NCBI GenBank assembly: GCA_964626395.1 | Contig: CAZVFF010000001.1 | Coordinates: forward strand, 1 to 35,466 | Reading direction: 5' to 3' | DNA: 35,466 nucleotides | Source: an uncultured Iamiaceae bacterium | Lineage (GTDB): Bacteria; Actinomycetota; Acidimicrobiia; Acidimicrobiales; Iamiaceae | Part shown: positions 26,971 through 34,827 of the stretch, piece after piece | Position numbering within the stretch: the first letter of the stretch is position 1 | Layout of the letters: each line of letters starts with the position of its first letter | Made by a program: the position numbers and the translations under genes | The notes under the pieces: model-generated | The model's database searches: none | What the model saw: only the letters and a program-made list of their open reading frames with translations | What the model was told of the DNA's origin: nothing

Positions 26971-27840
26971 ATGAGTGACATCAACCGACCCGATGGACGA
27001 GCCGACCACGACCAGACACCTGAACCGACCGATGATCTGGTCGCCAGAATCGAACGCCTCGTCGAACTTCGTCAGGTCGGACACCTGACAGATGAAGAGT
27101 TCACGCAGGCGAAAGCGGCGCTGATCGCCGAGGCCGGACCAACCTCTGGTCCAACGCCCAGTCCCCCACCCCGAGCATCGGAGATCCGCAGCGCTGGTTC
27201 AGATTCGGGGACGACGATCGGTTCCGGTGAGTCGACTCCGCCCACTACGCCATGGCCCACCCAGACCCCGACCTCGGGGACACCGCCCATCACACGACCG
27301 GCATACGAGCAGGCCGGGTGGGCGTCCGATGTGGACCCGCCGCCGATCGGCCCCGGGGAAGCCGACAGCGAGGTGTCGGCGGTGACCGAGGAAGCGAAGT
27401 CCCGCAAGAAGATCGTGATCGCGCTCATCCTCGTCATTCTCATAGCGCTCGGCGGAGCCGTCGCCTACATGATCCGGAATTCTCGGACCCCTCACCAGAC
27501 CGTCGAGGGGACGTTCACGATTCAGAAAGGTAGCTACTCATCGCCGAACTTCTCCGGAGGAGCCTTCGGGTGCGAAGGAGACGGCGGGTACGGCGATCTG
27601 AACTCGTCGACCCAGGTGGTCGTCAAAGACGACAACGGCGATGAAGTTGCCCGGACGGAGTTGGGCACGGGGAAAGACACGAGTGATGAGCTCTTCGGCG
27701 GTTGCGAATTCAACTTCGAGTTCGACGTCAGCAAAGGCCCCGAGTACTTCGTCGTATCCGTGGGCCGACGGGGAGAGTCCAAGTACACTTACGACGAACT
27801 CGCCGAGCCTGAAGCGATCCAATTGACCATCGGTTCTTGA
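26971..27840 (+). CDS. SHOCT-domain single-pass membrane protein
   Basis: ATG has GGAGGGAGGGAA upstream. SHOCT-like RIERLVELRQVGHLTDEEFTQAKAALI is followed by a Pro/Ser/Thr linker, a TM span (IVIALILVILIALGGAVAYMI) and a ~110-aa extracytoplasmic beta-rich tail. Confidence 0.7.
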   Translation: MSDINRPDGRADHDQTPEPTDDLVARIERLVELRQVGHLTDEEFTQAKAALIAEAGPTSGPTPSPPPRASEIRSAGSDSGTTIGSGESTPPTTPWPTQTPTSGTPPITRPAYEQAGWASDVDPPPIGPGEADSEVSAVTEEAKSRKKIVIALILVILIALGGAVAYMIRNSRTPHQTVEGTFTIQKGSYSSPNFSGGAFGCEGDGGYGDLNSSTQVVVKDDNGDEVARTELGTGKDTSDELFGGCEFNFEFDVSKGPEYFVVSVGRRGESKYTYDELAEPEAIQLTIGS

Positions 27841-27858
27841 CGAACGGTCCACGCTGTC

Positions 27859-28729
27859 TCAGCGGAGAATGGCCGCCAGGTACGGCCTGACGCCTTGCCC
27901 CACGGCCTCGAGCTCGAGATCGATGCCCGGCATTTCACCCAATAACCGCGGGTGCGGCAGTCCGACCAACCACGGGTTGAAGTTGCGGGCCCTGTCGTTC
28001 CAGATGTCGGGGGCGGCCATACGCTCGACCCGACCCTGGGTTCGCATTCGTTCTGGGGACCTCGTCACCATCAGACGGGCCAGGTTCCGCAGGCGGCTAC
28101 CGATCCGGATGGGCGACCGTGTATCCCATCCGTTCGAGTTGTTCGATGGCTGTTACCGGGTCGTTACGTACTGCCGTCCGCAGCTGGGCCCGTAAGCTGA
28201 TCAGCTCTACCCAACCCCTACCGAGGGCCAAGCAAAGGAAATCCTGAGAGTACACGTCCTCGATCAAGGTGAATCGTTCACCGTCGAACCCCCAAAGTAC
28301 GACCTCGCAGGCGTCTGTTTGTCCGACGCGATCCCCGCCAAGCCGGCCTCGGCGTGGCGACGCATTGCGCGCCATTCGTGATGGTACCGTTGACGACCTC
28401 GGCCAGGATCGAAACGAACTTCTCGACCTCGGCGATCAGGTCCGCCACGCTGTCCAGACAGGTGCCAGCACGCCTCGGGTTATGAGCCACATGTCTCGAA
28501 GCTCATCGCTTTCGAACTCGTCAATGTCCGCCGCGACGAACTCCTCGATGGTCATACCGCAGCGCCCGAGGACCTCTTCGACGAGGCGCCGAAGTCCGTG
28601 GGGTGTGAGAGCCGAGGTCGTCATGTCGCCGAACGTATCTGGTTGCGGTGACACCACGTCGGAGAATCGCCAGTGAACTCGGACATTTTCGGAATATCGA
28701 GCCGCGCGGCGCTGGTGCGGACCCTTCAC
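27859..28729 (-). pseudogene. string of short same-strand ORFs in alternating frames; possibly a frameshift-decayed gene or 3-4 very small genes
   Basis: Protein-like segments switch frame: MTTSALTPHGLRRLVEEVLGRCGMTIEEFVAADIDEFESDELRDMWLITRG (frame a), CLDSVADLIAEVEKFVSILAEVVNGTITNG (frame b), ACEVVLWGFDGERFTLIEDVYSQDFLCLALGRGWVELISLRAQLRTAVRNDPVTAIEQLERMGY (frame a), MAAPDIWNDRARNFNPWLVGLPHPRLLGEMPGIDLELE (frame c). I recognise no family. Confidence 0.3.
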
Positions 28730-28860
28730 GGTTCTCGGCGGTTCTGCAACAGATCCTCCGCGAACGACCGGAACGGAGCGAGTGACCTCAATGGCGGACC
28801 CGGTGGTTGAACTCCAACGGTCGGGGGTCGCACCGATCCGGCGGACTGTGGCTGGTCGTT

Positions 28861-29484
28861 TCAGCAGATCACCCGGGATCCCCCGAGTGCGTCTTCCAGA
28901 TCGTCCAACGGAAGCGGCGCGGCGGCTTCGTCGTCTCGGTCACCGAACAGCAACCAGTCGTCACCGATGATCTGATCGTCACAGAGACCCCAGGAATCCT
29001 GGATGTCGAGTGCCTCTTGCAACGCCGCATGATCCTCGTAGATGTTCACGTTGATGAGCTGTCGACCACTCGTCCCATCCAGCACGCACCGGAAGGACTT
29101 TTCCGGTCGAAACTCTTCGATGGCCTCGAAACTGGTGTCCTCTTCCTCGAAGTCGGTACAACCGAGACCGGCCTCGACCAACGCGTCCTGGAACTCCTGC
29201 ACCGAGGTGAGTGTCACCTCCGACGCCGCCCCCTGGTCGTCGACCTCGTCCGTGACGTCCTCCGGTTCCGGCACCGTCGTCGATGCTGTGGTGGCGGGCT
29301 CATCGTCTTCATCGATTGCGGCCGGTGCATCCTGAGATCGATGGATCGATGTGGAAGCCTGGTCGGTCGAACCAGCGCCGCCGCAGGCGCCCGCGATCAA
29401 CCCGAGTATGACGATCATCAACATCGGCCCAAGTTGTACACCGACACGTCCAGCCCGTTTCGGGTAGATGCGATTCACGACCAC
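28861..29484 (-). CDS. acidic secreted lipoprotein, function unknown
   Basis: Basic N-region (KRAGR), hydrophobic MLMIVILGLIAGAC with lipobox IAGAC followed by GGAGS. The mature part is Asp/Glu-rich and contains several Cys. Confidence 0.65.
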   Translation of the reverse strand: MVVNRIYPKRAGRVGVQLGPMLMIVILGLIAGACGGAGSTDQASTSIHRSQDAPAAIDEDDEPATTASTTVPEPEDVTDEVDDQGAASEVTLTSVQEFQDALVEAGLGCTDFEEEDTSFEAIEEFRPEKSFRCVLDGTSGRQLINVNIYEDHAALQEALDIQDSWGLCDDQIIGDDWLLFGDRDDEAAAPLPLDDLEDALGGSRVIC

Positions 29485-29612
29485 GTCATTTCACCTTCCA
29501 GTGACTGTCGACGCGGCAGGGTAGGCCCTACGTTGTCCTTTCGTCATCGTCACGACGTCACGTCACCGTGCACGGCGCGTCCGTCCTCCCGCTTTGTGTC
29601 ACCCAGACATGT

Positions 29613-31778
29613 TCAGGGATGCAGATCGCGGAGCTCGACACCATCCCGGCTCCAGGCTTGCCAACCATTGACGGAAGTTCCCCCGTTGACTGCTCGTCCC
29701 GCGGCACTCGGACTCGAAAATCGATGGCCATCTTCGAGGATGATGCCGGCGCCATCGACGCGTCCGACGTAGGTGATCCCGTGTACCCGGTATTCGATGG
29801 GTCCATCGGGAACATTCGCGAGCGAACGGTTGAAGGTGCGCCTGGGTCCTCCAGTGGTTGTCCGAGCAGTCCGAGCCGGTCGCGGACGCGGAGCGTGCAC
29901 TGAAGCCGGTGAGGCCGATACTGGTGGTTTCCTGGCCGACGTCGGCGCGGACCGCGACGTAACCAAGGCAGTGCCGCTTGGATACCCATCGGCAGGATCA
30001 GTGCCTCGGGCACCGGTTTCGGAACCAACCCCGGGCTCGTTGCCGGTGTCGAGCAGCTCGCCGAGACGGCCGATCATGCGCGCACGCCGCTGATCGTAGA
30101 ACCTCGAAAAGGATGCGATGTCGTCGGGGAGGTCGTGCATGTCGTTCTCGGCCAGGTATCCCGTTCGCGCACCAGGATCGGGGAATCGGTCACGCGCCCA
30201 GTCCATGGGAAGCATCGCTTGCTTGGAGGTGTTGACCGATCCTCGGAGGAGTTGGAGGTTCCCGAGCCGGTCGAAGACGTCGCGCAGGTCGTCCATCACC
30301 GCCGGATCGACACCGGCTGCACCGAGGGCACGCTTGGTGAAGAGCTTCTTCGGGAAGACGTGGTCGACGTGCAGGTCGTTGCCGATCGCGGCGGCCGGGT
30401 AGAGAAGCGACAGAAGTACGTATGCGCGGCTGTTGCGTGACTTCGTGTCGGCGAGTTGTTCAATGTGTTCTCGGGTGAATACGAGCGATTTGCCCATCTG
30501 CGCAATCGTCCTCTCCAACTCCCGTGCGGGGAAGCCCCCTGTGCCGTGCTCCTGGATCACTGCGCGCATGAGGGTGATCAACTTGTTGAGGTTCGAGCCC
30601 CACATTCCGGGCGCGAGCAGCATCCGAAGCACCCATTGTCGGACGACCTCACGGTCGGCACGGTGGCCAGCGGACGTCACATACGCGTAGTCGAGGCCAC
30701 GGACGTCGAAATAGGTGGCGAGCGGAAAGATGATGCTCGCCGCCGGCAGTGTTCTGGCGGAAAATCCAAACGCGTCGAGTAGGTGCACGGCGTTGCGCAA
30801 CGCTGCTTCGATCCGGTCCCACGATTGGTCGATGAGCGCAACCGACTCGGGAGTGAGCGTCTTCGGCTCGACCGCGACCGACGGGCGGTTCGTCAGCAAC
30901 AACCCGGCTTTGAGCACCCGGTCCTTGGTGAACGAGAAACCTCGCCCTGTCGCATTGAGGTCATCAACGAGGCCGTGGATGGTTTCGCGGGCATCCCGTT
31001 CGGTGAAGCGGGCGGTCGCGACACTCAGCAGCAGATCGGATTTCGACAGGACGGTCCCCCCGCTGTTGACGCGGATGAAGATCTCGAGAACCTTCGTCAG
31101 GTCCGTTTCATCGAGTTCGAAGTAGCTGATGCAGGGAACCTGTGTGATGGCTTCCCACAACGAGTAGAGCGTGTCGTAGGCGGTGGGATGATCGGCGAGG
31201 CCGGCGGCCTGGATCCGTCGGTTGATTTCGCGTCCGCTCTCCATGTGGAACGCGTCGGCAGCCAGGAACCATGCGTGGCCCCGGGCGCGCTGGGCTTCCT
31301 CGTCGGGCAGGAATCGGAACAGGTACTTGACGCCACTCTCGTCGCCCTCTTCGGGATCGTGGGTGAGGTCCAGGTACATGCGGGTGACGGGGTGGGTGTC
31401 ACCGCTCGCGCCTGCCCGTGCTCGCTTCACCGCATAGGAGCCGTTCAGGGCGATGTTCAACGTCGTGAGGCGTTGTTGCCCGTCGAGGATGGCTGTTACC
31501 GGCCGCCCAGCCGGGAACTCGATGACCGGGGAGTGCGAGTTCTTGCGTTCGTGGTAATCGCGCATCACCTCGTAGAACCGGTAGTCGGCCGAATCGTCGG
31601 GGCTGATGCGCCAGAACAGGAACGTGCCGATCGGGTACCGGCGCAACAAACTGTCGAACAGGCTGCACATCTGGGCCGGCGCCCACACGAACTCGCGTTG
31701 GATCGCCGGGATCACGTATTCCTGGTTCTCGATCCGCTGAAGAACCGTCTTGATCGTGAGCGGTGTCTGGTAGGCCAT
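29613..31778 (-). CDS. GmrSD-type (DUF262 + DUF1524 His-Me finger) modification-dependent restriction enzyme with C-terminal RAMA/DUF4357-like module
   Basis: ATG 31778. DUF262: IPAIQREFVWAPAQMCSLFDSLLRRYPIGTFLFW, DGQQRLTT. DUF1524: HVDHVFPKK...LGNLQLLRGSVNTSK. A Pro/Ala/Arg-rich linker leads to the tail GITYVGRVDGAGIILEDGHRFSSPSAAGRAVNGGTSVNGWQAW. Confidence 0.87.
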   Translation of the reverse strand: MAYQTPLTIKTVLQRIENQEYVIPAIQREFVWAPAQMCSLFDSLLRRYPIGTFLFWRISPDDSADYRFYEVMRDYHERKNSHSPVIEFPAGRPVTAILDGQQRLTTLNIALNGSYAVKRARAGASGDTHPVTRMYLDLTHDPEEGDESGVKYLFRFLPDEEAQRARGHAWFLAADAFHMESGREINRRIQAAGLADHPTAYDTLYSLWEAITQVPCISYFELDETDLTKVLEIFIRVNSGGTVLSKSDLLLSVATARFTERDARETIHGLVDDLNATGRGFSFTKDRVLKAGLLLTNRPSVAVEPKTLTPESVALIDQSWDRIEAALRNAVHLLDAFGFSARTLPAASIIFPLATYFDVRGLDYAYVTSAGHRADREVVRQWVLRMLLAPGMWGSNLNKLITLMRAVIQEHGTGGFPARELERTIAQMGKSLVFTREHIEQLADTKSRNSRAYVLLSLLYPAAAIGNDLHVDHVFPKKLFTKRALGAAGVDPAVMDDLRDVFDRLGNLQLLRGSVNTSKQAMLPMDWARDRFPDPGARTGYLAENDMHDLPDDIASFSRFYDQRRARMIGRLGELLDTGNEPGVGSETGARGTDPADGYPSGTALVTSRSAPTSARKPPVSASPASVHAPRPRPARTARTTTGGPRRTFNRSLANVPDGPIEYRVHGITYVGRVDGAGIILEDGHRFSSPSAAGRAVNGGTSVNGWQAWSRDGVELRDLHP

Positions 31779-32010
31779 GTGGAATCCCCCCGAGTGCGGT
31801 GCGCCGTCGATGGTAACGGCAGTCTCGTGGATGACTCGGCGTTCCGGGACCCCCAGTACCGGCACCGACACTCCGTGACCGCGCAAAACCGGGCCGCTCA
31901 CCGTCCGGAGAGGAGCCCGCTTCACTTCCTCGGGCTACTGCCCTCGGCAGTGTCGAGTGTTGCCTGTTCTCGAGGCTCCCGCAACCTGGGCCTCGGTACG
32001 TACAGACAAG

Positions 32011-32029
32011 CACGTTCGACGCGAACGTG
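32011..32029 (-). terminator. perfect 8-bp inverted repeat (CACGTTCG-nnn-CGAACGTG) 31 nt downstream of the HTH gene stop; hairpin or operator
   Basis: cacgttcgacgcgaacgtg read directly. On the transcribed strand it is followed by CTTGTCTGT (only weakly U-rich). Confidence 0.35.
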
Positions 32030-32059
32030 GGATCTGTCGATCAACGCGGTCAGCGCTAA

Positions 32060-32503
32060 TTAGACAAGTCCGGCGTTTCTCGCTGCCCGAGCTCGACGGC
32101 GATCATCGGCGGTCGCGGCAGCTTCACGGGCGTCGGTCTTCGCCGCGCCCCGTGCGGTCAGGGTCCGCATCACTTCTTCGGCGGGCACACGCCGCGCTGT
32201 GCCGACCATGAAGTTCTCGATGTGGCCCTCGTCGCAAAGTCGGGTCAGGTGGGTACGTGACATGCCAAGGACGCTGGCGGCTTCGGTCGTGGTCAGAGGT
32301 TTCCCTGTGGTGACCGTAGCGACGGTTTCACCGCGCAGGTACGCCTCGAGCGCCGACTGAAGTTGTTCACGTACCGCAACCGGCAACGACGCAAGGTCGA
32401 TCACGCCACTGGACGACACGTCGTCCGCGACGGTCACGAGTCGTTCGCGCTCATCGTCGGCGAACTCGGTCGGATCGACGACGTTCACCGGTGAGTTACG
32501 CAT
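32060..32503 (-). CDS. excisionase/MerR-type helix-turn-helix DNA-binding protein
   Basis: ATG 32503 inside track ORF 32060..32866. HTH: LTTTEAASVLGMSRTHLTRLCDEGHIENFMVGTARRV. Basic/Ala-rich tail. Confidence 0.75.
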   Translation of the reverse strand: MRNSPVNVVDPTEFADDERERLVTVADDVSSSGVIDLASLPVAVREQLQSALEAYLRGETVATVTTGKPLTTTEAASVLGMSRTHLTRLCDEGHIENFMVGTARRVPAEEVMRTLTARGAAKTDAREAAATADDRRRARAARNAGLV

Positions 32504-32717
32504 GGTCCGCTGTTCCTCGCGCGAGACGCCCCATAAGTGCCACAACTGTTGTAAGTGTGCCAAAGTTTGCCCATGTTCACGTGCACATCGACAGACCGCG
32601 CAGCAACACCACCAACGATCGGATATTCGTGAACCATGAAACACACCGCTGCGCTCACCTTGATGTTGCCCTCGTTCCTCAGCACACGAACCCGTGAGAG
32701 ACCTCCTCGAAGCGTTC

Positions 32718-33329
32718 TCAGCGACGAATCGAGTCGATGAGTCTCCAGACCGACGAGCTCGGGTTCGAACCACCGGGTGAGCCGTCGCCTGCGTGCTTCT
32801 CGTCCAAGCGGATCGCGCGTTCTCGCGCAGCATCGAATCGATCGAAGAGCGCAGACTGGGCGTCAACCGTCAGGTTCTTGCGACATCCCAGCAGCTCCCC
32901 CGCTGCCTTCTGTACGTCGTGTCGGTCGATGAACGCTGCCTGGTCGACAAAATGCAGCACGAACCACAGCTCAATACAGGGATTCGAGATTGCCAGGTGG
33001 ATGCCATTTTCAGCGGCCTTCCGTCGTGCCTCGGGCAGGCGGGCATGGGCATCGACGTCGAACAGGCACCAGATTTCGTCATGGGCGCGGCCACGCCCGC
33101 GTTCTTCCTCTCGAAGCTCTTGCTTGCGTACACCGGCTGCGCGCTTGACCAGTTCCATCGGCGGACCGTGGAACGGGTCGACACTGACGAGCACGGTGCC
33201 TCGGTAGGAACGTCGCCACGGAAGCAGATAGCTCTCCTCGGTCTTCGTGCCTTCGGTGAACACGAGAATCTCGCGCCGCTGTGCCGCCTTGGTCGGCCGT
33301 CTCGGCCGACCTCGGCTGGGCCTACTCAA
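32718..33329 (-). CDS. RloB-family (Toprim-like) protein, AbiLii-like
   Basis: TTG 33329 overlaps the upstream ATPase stop (TTGA). ILVFTEGTKTEESYL, DEIWCLFDVDAH and ISNPCIELWFVLHF are RloB hallmarks. The longer track ORF (to 33644) would overlap the ATPase by 300 nt. Confidence 0.83.
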   Translation of the reverse strand: MSRPSRGRPRRPTKAAQRREILVFTEGTKTEESYLLPWRRSYRGTVLVSVDPFHGPPMELVKRAAGVRKQELREEERGRGRAHDEIWCLFDVDAHARLPEARRKAAENGIHLAISNPCIELWFVLHFVDQAAFIDRHDVQKAAGELLGCRKNLTVDAQSALFDRFDAARERAIRLDEKHAGDGSPGGSNPSSSVWRLIDSIRR

Positions 33330-34675
33330 TGGTCGTCCGCCGACGCCAGATCGAGCGCGGCGGCAAACTCCTCGCGTGAGAGGATCGGCGTGGCCCCGTA
33401 GCGACCCTCGAGATACCGCTTTCCGATTGCTTCCTGCTTGCGCGGGTCGAGATCGATGAGCGGGTACAGCCGGGTGTTGCCGTCGCCGTCCTTCTCGGTG
33501 AACCAGATCTGATCTCGCCCGATCAGCCGGTCGCCAACCGAGCCACCGAGCAGCGTCGAGTCGTGCGAATTGAAGATGAGCTGTGCCCGATGCGGGTTGG
33601 TGTCCTCGCGTTGGAAGAGACCGACAAGTTCGGCGACCAACCACGGATGCAAGCTCGCGTCGATCTCATCGGCCAAGAAGACCGAGCCAGTTTCGAGTGC
33701 CCTCACGACCGGGCCGATAACTCCGAACCAGACCAACGTGCCGAGCGACTCGTCCTCGGCCGGCAAGGTGACGTCCTTGTCGTTCGTGCCGCGGTGCACG
33801 AGGTCGACCCCGAGGTCCTCGAACTGCGGCCCCTCGTCGGCCTCTGGTTCCTCTTCGAGGCCGTTGAGAATGCGAACCGCTCTGCGCATCCGTTCTTGCA
33901 TCACTGGATCGGGGGCACGCTTGTGTGCATCCACGACACCGAGATCGGCAGCGCGTAGCAGCGCGAGCACGCGTGCACGATGCTCAGGATCTTCAAGCAT
34001 CTCGGTGGTAACGGCCTGACGCCAGGGACGAGATTCTGCTTGCGCCAGCACCAGGTTCCGACCGAACCACGCATAGAGCGGTGCCAGCGCGGCGTGGTTC
34101 GCCGAAGCTGCGGTGGACAGGAAGAGGGCGTTCGAGCGGAGTAGTTCGGTCACCGCACGAGTCTTGGATCGCTCGACCGCGCCGGCTTCGATGTTGTCAC
34201 CGTCTCGTCGGAAGATCAGCGCGGCGCGACCCTTTGGGTACCAGTACGCCCACTCGGTATGGACCCGTTCATCGTCGATGAGGAAGCCGTACTCGTGTCG
34301 GACCCCGTCGAGGATGAGGTCGATCTCGAACCGTGACGGCGCGGACGGGGTGTCGTCGTCCAGAAGAAAGGGACGCCGGGGAATGCGACCACCCGGGACG
34401 CCCAGCCGGAACGAGTGCATGACGAGACTTCGCATGTCGCCCATCACCCGCAGCAGGTTGCTCTTACCTGACGAATTGGCCCCGAAGACCCCAGCGACGG
34501 TGAGAACGCCGAGCGACGCATCGCCGTCGCGCCAAGGTACCTGTCGAACGTGGCCCGGCTCGGCCATGGAGGTCGCGAGCAGCGAGAACTCGGCAAGATC
34601 CCGGTACGAGCGGACGTTCTCGACCCGGAACCCCAGCAACACTGACGGCCGGGAGGATGATTGAGTGAGGGTCAT
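33326..34675 (-). CDS. AAA_21/ABC-type ATPase, AbiLi-like
   Basis: Walker A FGANSSGKSNLL, Walker B/D-loop VFLADEIDASLHP, QLIFNSHDSTLL. ATG 34675 is chosen; ATG 34708 is possible but lies in the AT-rich leader. Confidence 0.85.
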   Translation of the reverse strand: MTLTQSSSRPSVLLGFRVENVRSYRDLAEFSLLATSMAEPGHVRQVPWRDGDASLGVLTVAGVFGANSSGKSNLLRVMGDMRSLVMHSFRLGVPGGRIPRRPFLLDDDTPSAPSRFEIDLILDGVRHEYGFLIDDERVHTEWAYWYPKGRAALIFRRDGDNIEAGAVERSKTRAVTELLRSNALFLSTAASANHAALAPLYAWFGRNLVLAQAESRPWRQAVTTEMLEDPEHRARVLALLRAADLGVVDAHKRAPDPVMQERMRRAVRILNGLEEEPEADEGPQFEDLGVDLVHRGTNDKDVTLPAEDESLGTLVWFGVIGPVVRALETGSVFLADEIDASLHPWLVAELVGLFQREDTNPHRAQLIFNSHDSTLLGGSVGDRLIGRDQIWFTEKDGDGNTRLYPLIDLDPRKQEAIGKRYLEGRYGATPILSREEFAAALDLASADDH

Positions 34676-34741
34676 GAGTCGATTATTGCAGATATTTAGC
34701 GATATCAAGCGTCAGAGTCGAGATTCTGCCGCTACATTGGT

Positions 34742-34767
34742 TACAGCGGTGGAATTCCATCGCTGTA
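34742..34767. promoter_or_regulatory. 26-bp near-perfect palindrome centred on GAATTC in the divergent promoter region
   Basis: TACAGCGGTGGAA|TTCCATCGCTGTA has 12 of 13 positions complementary. It lies 67 nt upstream of the ATPase start and 61 nt upstream of the nucleotidyltransferase start. Confidence 0.5.
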
Positions 34768-34827
34768 GTACCCGGTCGGAACTTCCCGGCGCCAGCCCTC
34801 AATTGCAGCAATCGGAGGATTCCCTCG

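Noticed and set aside
32537-32562. Two TGGCAC motifs on the minus strand as sigma-54 (-24) elements
   Set aside because: Neither is followed by the TTGC(A/T) -12 element at the required 5-nt spacing. They are better read as parts of a direct-repeat operator.
32718-33644. 308-aa extended version of the RloB gene
   Set aside because: The extra 105 codons are Arg-rich and overlap the 3' end of the AAA_21 gene. RloB similarity starts right after the TTG at 33329, which overlaps the ATPase stop.
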